Shown here one piece after another: positions 27,891-37,701 of a stretch of DNA of 59,992 nucleotides (position 1 is the stretch's first letter; each line of letters starts with the position of its first letter). The notes beneath the pieces were generated by a model. That model made no database searches. It saw only the letters and a program-made list of their open reading frames with translations, and was not told where the DNA came from. The position numbers and the translations under genes are program-made. Origin of the DNA: Waddliaceae bacterium (GTDB lineage: Bacteria; Chlamydiota; Chlamydiia; Chlamydiales; SLFE01); the NCBI GenBank assembly GCA_963783885.1, contig CAWAPJ010000016.1, forward strand, positions 1 through 59,992, in the 5' to 3' direction.

Positions 27891-29459
27891 TTATTTATTT
27901 GACTGCATGTCTAATACTATGACAATTAAAGATTTATCATCTCTTTTCAGACAATTTTTTAATTTTCGGCAGAGTGTTTCGGATTGTTGTTGAGGGGGTT
28001 GTCCGATTGTTGCTTTAACCGAATTTTTCCATTCAAAGTCCGCCAGGTTTTCTACTTCGATAGGGGTTAGATTAGTCATTATCAAGCGGTCGCCTGGGTG
28101 CCATTTTTGCGTGCATAGGTTCATCGGTTCCGTTTGAGCTTCCCCTAGCATTGGATTCGAGCTGTCGATTGAGACGACTTTTTTTCCTCCGATAACTGCT
28201 TTCCAAAGGCTTCCGTAATTAAAATCGATGTATGTAAACATTTTTTCACTAGGGTCTGTGGATAGATAGAACAACCCTACCAAGGGCTTTGAGGGGTCGT
28301 TAACAAGAAAATCATTTAAGAGCGGCAGTATTTTTTCGATTTGCATCAGTTTGGTATAGAGGGCCCGGATCTGTCCTTTGATGGAAGCATTGGTTGTCAA
28401 ACCTTTAATACCTCTTTGCACCGATTCGGCGGCAATGAGGGCAATTTTTGAATTTTCCAGAGGGAAAAAATCGACATATAGACCACCTGAATTCATCCCG
28501 TGATGAATGGAGAGGCCGATTTGGCAATCTTTTATCTTGGGGATGTTTGCTTCAGCCAGCAAATCGCGGGACTGTTGCAGCTCATCGGAAATTTGACTGA
28601 GAAGGTCGGTTTCTTTTTTATCTTCTTCAAGTTGTTCGGAATTGAGGTACTCCGAGAGATCGGTGATCAGAGCGACGATGTCCTGATAGCGGTATGAGGG
28701 GTTCGGCTGCAGGCATTTTGCCAAAATGGGCTGCAATCCTTTCGGCATAAGGGCAAGGTGAATCTTGCCGTGGCTAAGCTTCCCTAGAATGAGCTCATAT
28801 GCGATGATGCCAAGGGAATAGATATCAGAGGGATATGATACCGATTCAGGATTGTCTTTTTGCTCTGGACTCATATAGACAGGGGTTCCGATAATCCTTT
28901 TCTGCAAAGGACGGCCTCTTTTTTGGTCCTGGATAAGTTGCGCGATGCCAAAATCAATGACTTTGATGGCGCCTCCTTTTGTCATAAGAATATTTTCCAA
29001 CTTCAGATCGCGGTGGATAACGCCGTGCGAATGAAGATGGCAAAGCGCATAAGAAATTTGAAGAATGATCTCTAATGCTTTTTTTAAAGAGAGAGGGGTC
29101 TGCTGCAAATATTGTCTTAGGGAAATCCCCTCGATAAATTCCATAGCGATATAGAGCCCCCCTTCCCATTCTCCCTGGCTGTAGAGCTTGACAATGTTGG
29201 GATGGTCGGCCATGCCGATAATTTTCGCTTCTTTCAAAAATCGTTGTATGATTTCGGGATTGGAAAGAAATTTTGGAGACAAGACTTTTATGGTTATAGG
29301 TTCTTTTGTTTTAGGGTGTACGCCTAAATAAACATGGCTCATCCCTCCTTTTTCCAGAAGACTTTCGATTTTATAGCCGCTAATGCTTTCAGGAAGAGGC
29401 TGCTTGTCATTTTCTGCGGAAGGCTGCGTTTTACGTTTATTGAAATTATTTTCATTCAT
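27891..29459 (-). CDS. pkn5: T3SS-linked Ser/Thr protein kinase Pkn5 with degenerate PP2C/SpoIIE-like C-terminal domain
   Basis: KGGMSHVY, IKVL, HPNIV, HRDLKLEN, IDFG, GTPVYMSPEQ, SDIYSLG; lies between sctQ and sctC; TAATG-coupled start at 29459. Confidence 0.88.
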   Translation of the reverse strand: MNENNFNKRKTQPSAENDKQPLPESISGYKIESLLEKGGMSHVYLGVHPKTKEPITIKVLSPKFLSNPEIIQRFLKEAKIIGMADHPNIVKLYSQGEWEGGLYIAMEFIEGISLRQYLQQTPLSLKKALEIILQISYALCHLHSHGVIHRDLKLENILMTKGGAIKVIDFGIAQLIQDQKRGRPLQKRIIGTPVYMSPEQKDNPESVSYPSDIYSLGIIAYELILGKLSHGKIHLALMPKGLQPILAKCLQPNPSYRYQDIVALITDLSEYLNSEQLEEDKKETDLLSQISDELQQSRDLLAEANIPKIKDCQIGLSIHHGMNSGGLYVDFFPLENSKIALIAAESVQRGIKGLTTNASIKGQIRALYTKLMQIEKILPLLNDFLVNDPSKPLVGLFYLSTDPSEKMFTYIDFNYGSLWKAVIGGKKVVSIDSSNPMLGEAQTEPMNLCTQKWHPGDRLIMTNLTPIEVENLADFEWKNSVKATIGQPPQQQSETLCRKLKNCLKRDDKSLIVIVLDMQSNK

Positions 29460-29944
29460 TATGCAAGGTCTAATATTCGGATAGCAATGCTGTCGCCAAC
29501 CTTGAGTAGCTCGCCTTTGCCGATGCACTGGCCATTGACAGTAAGATCAACGCCGCTTTCGGGCTGAATGGACAGATCAAGAACATTTCCCTCCTTTAAC
29601 TGGAGGAGCTTTTCCAAAGACAGATTCACCCTTCCAATTTCAATAGTCAGAGGCACCGAGACTTTATCTCGAGAAATTTCTTCAGGGGGAGGAGCTTGAG
29701 ACAAAGCGGGCTTAGCAGCAGGAGGGGCCGGCTCTTCTTCCTCTTTCTTTTCAGGCTCTTTTTCTTCCGAAGGCTTAGGCTCTTCTTCCTCTTCTTCCTC
29801 TTCTTCCTCTTCTTCCTCTTCTTCCTCTTCTTCTATTTCGCTAAGCTCATCTTCTATATCAGGCAAATCAAGGCCTTCATCTTCGGTCTCTTCGTAATCT
29901 TCGAAAGAGAATTCTTCATCTTGATTATCGGGATCTTTGCTCAT
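29459..29944 (-). CDS. sctQ: SctQ/CdsQ C-terminal part (acidic linker plus SPOA/FliN-like domain)
   Basis: VPLTIEIGRV.LSL..LL.L.EG.VL.L...VDLTVNG..IGKGEL; own RBS AAGGAG. Confidence 0.85.
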   Translation of the reverse strand: MSKDPDNQDEEFSFEDYEETEDEGLDLPDIEDELSEIEEEEEEEEEEEEEEEEEEPKPSEEKEPEKKEEEEPAPPAAKPALSQAPPPEEISRDKVSVPLTIEIGRVNLSLEKLLQLKEGNVLDLSIQPESGVDLTVNGQCIGKGELLKVGDSIAIRILDLA

Positions 29945-30825
29945 TATCTTTTTTCTCCTTTGACTAAAGGATTGATGTCCTCGTGAAAGAGAGGAGATTC
30001 CAGGATTTTTATGTGATTTTTTTCCAGAGAAGCCCGTATTTTCGGACTGCCGCTCAGTGTGAGGACGACCTGTCCTTGAGAGTTTTCGGGATCAATATAA
30101 CATTGATCGAGCAGCACAAGGTCTCCCTCTTCGATTGTTTTCAATTCCTCTTGCGTCAGTCGGACTTTACCGATTTCGATGTGGAAAGGAATTTCAATTT
30201 TTTTTAGTAATTCCGGGCTGACAGGCGTGGCAAGGGTTCTTTCCGAGTAGTGCTGGCTCCATGAGTGGAGAAATTCTTGGGGGATAAGAAGACGGGCTGT
30301 GATTATCCGATCAAACAGGGATATCCTGATATCGATCCCAAGACATTCCTCTTCGTGTAAAGTTTTTTCTTGAAGCAGATGGAGGTTTAAGCTCTGATCG
30401 AAATTGATTTCGGAAAAGCAGTGAACAGCTTCAAGGGACAGGTAGCGGTAGAAACCCTGCTCGAGCTCTTCGTCAAAAATTTGAAAATCGGACGGAGGCT
30501 GCCGGGTAAGAAGAGAATACATCAAATAACGCAAATCATCTAAATCGACGACAAAATAAACGTTTCCTTCAAATGCGGAAATTGAAATTTGCTGTGTGAA
30601 TAGATTGTCCCCCAAATCTTGAGAGAGTTTGCCGCTACTTAACCACCGAATATTGCCTTTTTCGAATTTAAAGTCTTCAATTTGAAAAGATTGAGAAATT
30701 TTTTGCGAGAATTCTTCCCAGGGGAATTCCGGGGAAAATCCGCCCAGAGGGATATGATCCTGTTCAACTATTTTAGGATCAACTGCTTTTAGCCATTCAT
30801 AGAGAACTGTCTCTTTTTCAGCCAC
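29944..30825 (-). CDS. sctQ: SctQ/CdsQ N-terminal part (sorting platform)
   Basis: First SPOA domain 'IPFHIEIGKVRLT..EL..IEEGDLVLLD'; position after sctP. Confidence 0.85.
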   Translation of the reverse strand: MAEKETVLYEWLKAVDPKIVEQDHIPLGGFSPEFPWEEFSQKISQSFQIEDFKFEKGNIRWLSSGKLSQDLGDNLFTQQISISAFEGNVYFVVDLDDLRYLMYSLLTRQPPSDFQIFDEELEQGFYRYLSLEAVHCFSEINFDQSLNLHLLQEKTLHEEECLGIDIRISLFDRIITARLLIPQEFLHSWSQHYSERTLATPVSPELLKKIEIPFHIEIGKVRLTQEELKTIEEGDLVLLDQCYIDPENSQGQVVLTLSGSPKIRASLEKNHIKILESPLFHEDINPLVKGEKR

Positions 30826-30958
30826 TCGATTTCCTTTGTTCTACTTCAATTGTGCTGGAATTGGGCGTTTTAAAGCAACAAAGACCTATTGAGATAAGGG
30901 TGGGAATTGCTTTAGCTCCGGCAGGCAGCTTTTTGGCTCTTTCACAGGGCCTCAAGAT

Positions 30959-31774
30959 TTAACGCTTTTCTCTTTGCTCACGTTTTTTTTCGCCTTCCTT
31001 CTGTCCGCTCTGTTGCTGCTCGCGCGGATTGGTTTCGGAGGCGGTCAAAAGGGTCTCTTCTTTTTCGGTTGTGGCCACCATGATGTGCATCATATACCCT
31101 TTTTCTTCCAGTGTCTTCATGAGCAATTCTCTGTTCATCTGCATATCGAGCAGTTGTTTGGCTTTGGCATTCAATTCGCTAAAGGTAATATTGTATTCTC
31201 CTTTTGCGGTGTCGAAAGTGGTTAGAGTCAGTTTGGCGTTAGCAAACAAGGGAGGGTGTTTGATGATAACGGTCGTTTCATTTTTGCCGTCGAGCTTCAT
31301 TTGGGTAATGGAGTCGATAACCTTCTTGAGAAGCTCTTCAAGCTGAATCCTTGCTGTTTTGGAGCTTTTGACGGCTGCTTCGGCTTTGATGTCGTCCTGG
31401 ACAGCTTCAAATTTGGATGCCAGAGGTTTTACCTCTTTTACCTGGCTGTCGTCTTTTACCGGTTTTTTTTTGAGATCTTTGTCTTCTTCCGGTACATGCT
31501 CTTCATCGGAGTCGTCAAATTCCTTTTCTGTGGAGTCCTTGAGAGTTCCTTTGGCCGCGAGGCTGAAAGCGGAGGGAAGTTCGGATTTTGATTCTTCCTT
31601 CTTATCAGGCTCTTTGCTCTTGGATTTTTTCTCTTCAAGTTTGAATTTTTTCCGGCTCCTGCGCCCTTCATCCGCACTGTCGGTCCTTCTGACAGCTCGG
31701 TCGGAAACAGTATTCGACTGCTTTCTTTCCGGCAGATTTTGACTTTCAAATAGTTTAGGATCAAAATTTTGCAT
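30959..31774 (-). CDS. sctP: CdsP/SctP-like needle-length regulator (CT671-like)
   Basis: Low-complexity N-half, FliK-like C-domain; sits between sctO and sctQ. Confidence 0.7.
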   Translation of the reverse strand: MQNFDPKLFESQNLPERKQSNTVSDRAVRRTDSADEGRRSRKKFKLEEKKSKSKEPDKKEESKSELPSAFSLAAKGTLKDSTEKEFDDSDEEHVPEEDKDLKKKPVKDDSQVKEVKPLASKFEAVQDDIKAEAAVKSSKTARIQLEELLKKVIDSITQMKLDGKNETTVIIKHPPLFANAKLTLTTFDTAKGEYNITFSELNAKAKQLLDMQMNRELLMKTLEEKGYMMHIMVATTEKEETLLTASETNPREQQQSGQKEGEKKREQREKR

Positions 31775-31785
31775 ATTTAATCTCC

Positions 31786-32307
31786 TTAATGCCCTGTCTC
31801 GCCTTGGCGTTGATGCATTTGGTACATAATGTTTCCGATCTCATCCAATTCCTTCTCTTCTTCGCGACGAAGTTCGTCCCGCATCATGGCAAGCCAGTCT
31901 TTTTTGTGGATGTTGAGCTTGTCGACTTCGAGCCTTCTGAGCTTCAGTTCTTCTCTTGCCTGCTCAACCTGCCGCTCTGCGGCTTCCACTTGTTTTTTTT
32001 GCTCTTCTACCTTTTTTTCTTCTTCTTCCAGTTTTTTATCGACTACTTTTAAGTAGTCTTTCATCTGCTGAATTTTGGCAGATGTCGTGGTTTCATCGAC
32101 AAGGTCCATTTCTTTTCGCAATTGGGCCAGCTTAACGTTCCGGTGTTTGAGAACCTTGTCTCTGGCTTTTTCCTTTTGCCTTAAAATCTCTTTTTCATTT
32201 TCAAGAGCTTCCAGGGCTTCTTTGACTTTTTTCTCGGCGTCCTCAACCCTTCTTTTCTTAATGTCGAGAACTTGTTCCAGTGGGTATTCGATTTTAGCGT
32301 CCTGCAT
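31786..32307 (-). CDS. sctO: T3SS stalk protein CdsO (CT670-like)
   Basis: YPLEQVL.IKK.RVE.AEK, all coiled coil, EE.E.DEIG; follows sctN. Confidence 0.88.
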   Translation of the reverse strand: MQDAKIEYPLEQVLDIKKRRVEDAEKKVKEALEALENEKEILRQKEKARDKVLKHRNVKLAQLRKEMDLVDETTTSAKIQQMKDYLKVVDKKLEEEEKKVEEQKKQVEAAERQVEQAREELKLRRLEVDKLNIHKKDWLAMMRDELRREEEKELDEIGNIMYQMHQRQGETGH

Positions 32308-32316
32308 AAGTGTTTA

Positions 32317-33636
32317 TTACTTAAAAATCCCTTTTAGCAGCTGCATGGTTTCTTCCCATGAACACTTTTCATCAATGCCCTGCTTTAAAAAATTGTTCAC
32401 TTTATCAATATGGTCGATGGCAAAGTCGCCCATTTTGTCTGAGCCTCTTTTATACTCCCCGATTTTAATCAGGAGCTCGTTTTTTCGGTAATTGGCCAAC
32501 ACTTCCCGCAGCTGTCCGGCAAGTTTCATGTGTTCCTCTGTTGTAATCGAGGGCATAACCCGGCTTACGGAAGAGAGAACGTCGATAGCAGGGTAATGGT
32601 ATTGCCTGGCCAGTTCCCGGGAGAGAATAATGTGTCCGTCGAGAATCGACCTCGTCTCGTCTGCCACCGGTTCATTCATATCGTCGCCGGCGACAAGTAT
32701 TGTATAAAAAGCGGTAATCGATCCTTTGTCAGAATTTCCTGCGCGCTCTAAAAGTTTAGGCAGAGTAGAGAAAACCGACGGGGTATAGCCCGCTCTTGCG
32801 GGCGGCTCTCCGGCCGCAAGCCCTACCTCTCTTAGAGCTCTGGCAAAACGTGTGACCGAATCCATCATTAGGATGACGGATTTTCCCTGGTCGCGGAAGT
32901 ATTCGGCAATGGCGTGGGCGGTATAAGCTGCGTTTAGCCTAAGCTGGGAAGCTTGGTCCGAGGTCGACACGATGACAACCGAGCGGGCCAGCCCTTCAGG
33001 CCCTAAATCTTTTTCAATAAAATCTCTAACTTCCCTTCCACGCTCTCCAACTAGACTGATGACGTTGATATCGGCAACGGCATTTCTGGCGATCATGCCT
33101 AGAAGGGTGGATTTTCCGCCTCCTGCCGCGGCAAATATTCCGACACGCTGGCCAAGTCCTGTGGAGAGGGTCGCGTCAATCGATCTGATTCCGACCGAGA
33201 CGGGCTCTTTAATTCTCCTTCTTTTTAACGGATCGGGAGGAGAGGCCCAAACGGGGTAAATTTCTTCGGTTTCAAGAGGTCCTTTCGTATCTTCATCGAG
33301 GGGCTGTCCAAGTCCGTTCAACACTCGTCCGAGAAGTTTGGGGCCTACTGGTATATGAAGCGGAAGCCTTGTAGGAATGACTTCTGAGTTGGGGCCGATG
33401 CCGCTCATTTCTCCAAGAGGGGAGAGGAAAACTTCGTCCTGGGTAAACCCGACAACTTCGGTGCGAAGAGGTTCTACTCCTTCACGCCTGACAAGGCACA
33501 CTTCCCCGATCTTAACCTGGGGGACGATCGCCTTGATCAGCATTCCCACAGTTTCGGTGATTCTTCCGTTTACGGTAGTAAGCTGAAGCTCATCGAGTCC
33601 GCCCATTAGCTTTTCAAGCTGCTCTTTCATAGGCAT
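32317..33636 (-). CDS. sctN: T3SS ATPase CdsN
   Basis: Walker [46 protein letters not shown]. Confidence 0.97.
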   Translation of the reverse strand: MPMKEQLEKLMGGLDELQLTTVNGRITETVGMLIKAIVPQVKIGEVCLVRREGVEPLRTEVVGFTQDEVFLSPLGEMSGIGPNSEVIPTRLPLHIPVGPKLLGRVLNGLGQPLDEDTKGPLETEEIYPVWASPPDPLKRRRIKEPVSVGIRSIDATLSTGLGQRVGIFAAAGGGKSTLLGMIARNAVADINVISLVGERGREVRDFIEKDLGPEGLARSVVIVSTSDQASQLRLNAAYTAHAIAEYFRDQGKSVILMMDSVTRFARALREVGLAAGEPPARAGYTPSVFSTLPKLLERAGNSDKGSITAFYTILVAGDDMNEPVADETRSILDGHIILSRELARQYHYPAIDVLSSVSRVMPSITTEEHMKLAGQLREVLANYRKNELLIKIGEYKRGSDKMGDFAIDHIDKVNNFLKQGIDEKCSWEETMQLLKGIFK

Positions 33637-33723
33637 TCCTTACGAGTCATGCAAAAACGACGGCCGCAAAGTTTAGGGCATACTTTCCCTCTCTTTGCGT
33701 TTGCCGTCTTAAGCTGGAGGTCA

Positions 33724-34410
33724 TTAGACCTGAACGTTCATGAGCGCTTTAGTTGATTCTAGCGATTTGTTCAGCAAGTTAGTGAAAAACTCAAGTTCCT
33801 GTTGAACATGGTTTACCTTGACCTGAATGGCCAGCATATTCGCCGGCGACAATTCCTTGCCGGTATTGACCATGGCTTCAAGGTAAGATCCCAAATGGTC
33901 CAGCTGATATTGCGCATGCGACAGGTGGTCTAAAAATTTCAGCGCTGCGTTCGGAACTTCCGCTAGTTTGCTTTCAGCCGGTACTTCGGCTTTTTCAGTT
34001 CCCGCTTTTGCTAAAGCAATGCGCAAGCTGTCGTCAATATGCGTCAACTTATTGCGCATCAATTTGTTAACCGGTTTCTTAATGGTTAATTCGGGGGTTT
34101 CCAGTTCGGATTTGATCGCATCTATACGTTGCGAGGCTTCTTTTGTTTGCCGGGCAAGCTCTTTTGTCGTTTTCCCCGGGTCAATTGGATTGCCCTGGGC
34201 GTCTTTTGCGACATCTTCGACGCTTGGCTTGCTGGCTTCCGGAACTATAGTCTTCGCCACTTCCTGTTCAGGGACTTTCTTATCCATAATGGCTTCAAAT
34301 TTCCCTTCGACAGGCTGCGTTTTTTTGACCTCTTTTTCCAGCTTATCGACTCTTGACTCCTTGGAGTCAAGCGACGTTATTTTTTCTATTTTATCATTGG
34401 CATTTGCCAT
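33724..34410 (-). CDS. Conserved chlamydial T3SS protein (CT668-like; C-terminus inner-rod-like)
   Basis: Synteny between cdsG and sctN; C-terminal 'SPANMLAIQVKV...ELEFFTNLL.K......LMN.Q' resembles SctI C-termini. Confidence 0.6.
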   Translation of the reverse strand: MANANDKIEKITSLDSKESRVDKLEKEVKKTQPVEGKFEAIMDKKVPEQEVAKTIVPEASKPSVEDVAKDAQGNPIDPGKTTKELARQTKEASQRIDAIKSELETPELTIKKPVNKLMRNKLTHIDDSLRIALAKAGTEKAEVPAESKLAEVPNAALKFLDHLSHAQYQLDHLGSYLEAMVNTGKELSPANMLAIQVKVNHVQQELEFFTNLLNKSLESTKALMNVQV

Positions 34411-34432
34411 ATTTTCACCTTATTAATTTTTT

Positions 34433-34858
34433 TTATTTGATAAAAGGCGATTTAAGTTTTTTCAAATCTTTTTCTGCCCATTCAAGGGCGATTTTTCCTA
34501 AATTTACAATTGTATCATCGGAGGTTTCTTCAATTGCCTGCCGGATGATTTGTTCTCCTTTTTTCCGCTTCGCTTTTGTCAGAAGGTAAGATATACCTAA
34601 AAAGGTTTTGGCCAGTTTGTTTTCAGGTTCTTTTTTAACGACTTTTTCGAAAATCTCCGCCGCTTCTTTGACCTCCAGCTTGTTTAAGGCAATATAACCA
34701 AGGCCGATATCCGGAGCCGTGCTTTCCGGGTTCAGCAGCATAGCCGCATGAAACAAATGTCTGGCACTCGCTTCGTCGAGCTGCTTCACTGCTACAAAGC
34801 CGGCTTCTATCAATAACGGGAAGTCTTCTTGAAAGTCTTCCAAATTGTCTTTTGCCAT
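34433..34858 (-). CDS. cdsG: Needle chaperone CdsG (TPR)
   Basis: LLIEAGFVAVKQ.DE.SA..LF; TPR helices; follows cdsF. Confidence 0.85.
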   Translation of the reverse strand: MAKDNLEDFQEDFPLLIEAGFVAVKQLDEASARHLFHAAMLLNPESTAPDIGLGYIALNKLEVKEAAEIFEKVVKKEPENKLAKTFLGISYLLTKAKRKKGEQIIRQAIEETSDDTIVNLGKIALEWAEKDLKKLKSPFIK

Positions 34859-34990
34859 AGTCTATCCTCGTTTCACTATCATAATCGGTCTCGTTATCAA
34901 TTTCAAGCTTGCAAATACGTAAGTTGGGTATACACCAAATGAATACCCTGACCGGATTGCCGGAGCAGCCCGGCCAGTATCCATTCGCTA

Positions 34991-35233
34991 TTATCCTTTA
35001 ACGTTACGTGCCATTGACAATATAGCCGTGTTGGCAGCGCTGACTACCGCTGTCGACATCTCAGAAAGCTGAGACAAGTGGTTCATCAGCATCTGCATGT
35101 CGAACATGTCGCCGATACTGATGGCACTCTGACGGGCTTTAATGTCATTTAATTTGTTTTTGGCGCTGACCGTCGCATCAGTGATGATCTTGACCAGCGT
35201 CTGCATATCGAATCCTTCACGATTAAAGGCCAT
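34991..35233 (-). CDS. sctF: T3SS needle subunit CdsF
   Basis: Small helical protein 'ISIGDMFDMQMLMN.LSQLSE..TAV..A.N.....MAR.VKG' between cdsE and cdsG. Confidence 0.88.
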   Translation of the reverse strand: MAFNREGFDMQTLVKIITDATVSAKNKLNDIKARQSAISIGDMFDMQMLMNHLSQLSEMSTAVVSAANTAILSMARNVKG

Positions 35234-35307
35234 GATTGCCTCCAAGTATTAAATTATTATTGAAGCCTATATCTTTTAAAAAAGAATAAAGATTTAAACT
35301 TCGTTTG

Positions 35308-35550
35308 TTAGCGTTTTTTTTTTACACGCGCTATCACTTTTTGAAGGGAAGTGTAGCCGTGTAAGAGAATACCGAATTTATCAAAATCTTCTTTATTCTT
35401 CCCGTTTCTCAAAACTGACTTCACTTCTTTGATTCGACCAGCGGCGGTTTCTTTGATTTCCCGACCTAATTTGCTATCCCTAAGATCCATTTCCAGATCA
35501 AAGACGAATTCCTCGTTCTTTTTCTTTTTATCTCCTCCAAGTCCAAACAT
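35308..35550 (-). CDS. cdsE: Needle chaperone CdsE (CT665-like)
   Basis: MFGL...FDLE.DL...LL.GY.SLQKV; synteny. Confidence 0.82.
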   Translation of the reverse strand: MFGLGGDKKKKNEEFVFDLEMDLRDSKLGREIKETAAGRIKEVKSVLRNGKNKEDFDKFGILLHGYTSLQKVIARVKKKR

Positions 35551-35584
35551 TGCTAATGCAGCCTCTTTTTTCCCTTATATTATT

Positions 35585-35613
35585 ATTATACACTATTTAA
35601 CGATTATATTCAA
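35585..35613 (-). promoter_or_regulatory. sigma66 promoter of cdsE-sctF operon
   Basis: TTGAAT-N17-TATAAT on the minus strand. Confidence 0.75.
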
Positions 35614-37558
35614 TTTTGTACTTGATACCGCCTCCTTCAAGCATAATCGTATGATCGCCGATCTTGGTGATTTTTTTGCCGTCGAGGGTGTCTCCTACAG
35701 TGAGAAACTTGCCGTTTATAATGACTGTAATTTGGCCGTTAGGCTGTGTGGCAGAGCCTGATACGGTGTATTTGCCTGTTAGATCAACCATGGTTTCTGC
35801 CGGAGGGAGCTCTGTAATGTAGGCTCTGATGTCTCTAACCCCGTTAATTTTCTTCATTTTGCTCTCGAGCTTCTCGAAGTTTGCTTTCTCTCCTGAAGGT
35901 ATATTGCCGCTCAGGACCGCTTCCCCATTGGACGATATTTTGACTTGGACAGCGTTATATCCTTGATCCTTAAGCATGATTTTAATCGTGTTCAGGATAT
36001 TCTCCTCAACGACAATTTTTTGCTGCAGAAGATCGAGATAGGGAAAATTCTTGGCTAGATAGTCATTAAGGGCATCTGCTTCATCGCTGGTTTTGATATA
36101 GCCTGAAATGACGAATTTTCCGGGAGAGGGCGCATAGATTGTCACTCCTTTCCAGTTGGGGTTTTTATCGATAATCTGGTTTTGCTCCTTCCAGATCAGC
36201 TCGTCCACAATAATATTGTCATCGATGTCTTTGACGAAGGGGAGGGATTTAACACTATAAATTACCTGGTTGCGGTCTACAGGCGTTAAAACGTGCCCTA
36301 CAAGGAGAAGACGTCCTGAGGTGGGGTTAAAATTCCAACGGATGCTCGGATAAGCTCCGAGAGTGGTTTCCAGGGCTTTTTTGGGATTAATGTGCTGTTT
36401 CTCTTGGATATTTTGCGGTTGAAAGAGAAATAGCGTTGCAATGCCCACAACGATAAATAACCCTGTAATAATCGACACAAAAATAAACGAGCCGAGATTT
36501 TGAGGGGTTTTAGAGGCCGGCAGGGACTGCTCTCGGGGTTTTTCTTCTCCTTGGACCGGTTTTTTACCCTGCTCCTCGGGGGCTTCCTCCTCCTGCTGCT
36601 GGAGAATTTTGACGATTTGGGGCAAAAGTGGAGAGACAATTGTGGTTCTTTCTCCCTCGCGGTCGTAAACGATAAACGATGTTGTCCCGACGGAAACGAG
36701 TGTATTCGGGGAAAATGTCTGTTTACCCTCGATTTTTTTGCTCTCGATCAGCGTACCGTTGCTGCTTCCAAGATCTTCTACCGTCATGGAATTGTCCGGG
36801 TTAACGGTGATTCTTGCGTGTTGGCGGGATACGCTGACATCATGAAACACGATATCGCAAACAGCGGGGTCGCTGCCGATAACATAACTGGTGTCGGTAT
36901 ACATTGAGAACTGAGCCCCGTTGTTGGGCCCTGAGACGACTTTTAGAAGGCAGGGGGCATTCTCACTCAGGTCAAGGTCTATTTCGGCTAGAAGGCCTTC
37001 TTTGTCGACAGTTTCGGGCTCTTCTTCAACTTCAAATAAAGTATCTCTGGACTTGTCGCTTTCTGCTTCCTCCTGCTGTATTTCAGGGGTTTTCTCTTTT
37101 TCGGGCTCTTCCTGCTGTATTTCAGGGGTTTCCTCTTTTTCGGGCTCTTCCTGCTGTATTTCAGGGGCTTCTTCTTTTTCGGGCTCTTCCTGCTGTATTT
37201 CAGGGGCTTCTTCCTCTTTTTCCTCCTCTTCCTCGGATTCTATCGGCAGATCAGAGGTCTCTTCTTCATAAAAACGGTAATAGCCATCCCCGATTTTGAC
37301 TGAGTCGCCATTCGTTAAAAGAGACTCATCCTCAATCACTTCATCATTGACTAAAAGAGGGGAGGATTCGCTTAAATTTTCGACAAGTATTCCCTTGGGT
37401 GAAGATTTTAATCTCAGGTGTTTTCTGGAAACAGAAGGATCTTTCAGAACAATTTGCGATTCTTCGGGGTCTCTGCCGACGATCCATTCATCAGCGCCCT
37501 CAAGAGCAATAACCATCCCCTGTAGCGTTCCTTCTTCTGCGACAAGCTTAGCTGGCAT
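35597..37558 (-). CDS. sctD: T3SS inner-membrane ring protein CdsD (two FHA domains, BON-like periplasmic domains)
   Basis: FHA motifs VGRDP..VSRKH and IGSDP..VSRQHA..S.NGT; single TM; start re-called to ATG at 37558. Confidence 0.92.
   Translation of the reverse strand: MPAKLVAEEGTLQGMVIALEGADEWIVGRDPEESQIVLKDPSVSRKHLRLKSSPKGILVENLSESSPLLVNDEVIEDESLLTNGDSVKIGDGYYRFYEEETSDLPIESEEEEEKEEEAPEIQQEEPEKEEAPEIQQEEPEKEETPEIQQEEPEKEKTPEIQQEEAESDKSRDTLFEVEEEPETVDKEGLLAEIDLDLSENAPCLLKVVSGPNNGAQFSMYTDTSYVIGSDPAVCDIVFHDVSVSRQHARITVNPDNSMTVEDLGSSNGTLIESKKIEGKQTFSPNTLVSVGTTSFIVYDREGERTTIVSPLLPQIVKILQQQEEEAPEEQGKKPVQGEEKPREQSLPASKTPQNLGSFIFVSIITGLFIVVGIATLFLFQPQNIQEKQHINPKKALETTLGAYPSIRWNFNPTSGRLLLVGHVLTPVDRNQVIYSVKSLPFVKDIDDNIIVDELIWKEQNQIIDKNPNWKGVTIYAPSPGKFVISGYIKTSDEADALNDYLAKNFPYLDLLQQKIVVEENILNTIKIMLKDQGYNAVQVKISSNGEAVLSGNIPSGEKANFEKLESKMKKINGVRDIRAYITELPPAETMVDLTGKYTVSGSATQPNGQITVIINGKFLTVGDTLDGKKITKIGDHTIMLEGGGIKYKIEYNR
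37069..37224 (-). repeat. 39-bp coding tandem repeat, about four copies
   Basis: Encodes E(E/K)(A/T)PEIQQEEPEK between the two FHA domains. Confidence 0.9.
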
Positions 37559-37637
37559 AATTTTTAATTCCTTATGAAACTTTAAACACGAATCATATCG
37601 CATTTAAAGGACTATAATCAATAATATTTGAGATTAA

Positions 37638-37654
37638 AGCAAAACTCGTGCCAA
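37638..37654 (-). promoter_or_regulatory. sigma54 (-24/-12) promoter upstream of sctD
   Basis: TTGGCACGAGTTTTGCT, full consensus TGGCACG-N4-TTGCW. Confidence 0.8.
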
Positions 37655-37701
37655 CCTCAGATATCCATTATAAGACATTTGTAATTAAATATTTATAGGT
37701 T

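Noticed and set aside
27831-30913. 12-bp inverted pair AAAGCAATTCCC / GGGAATTGCTTT flanking pkn5-sctQ, as possible inversion sites
   Set aside because: Too short, no recombinase nearby, and the genes are in the expected orientation
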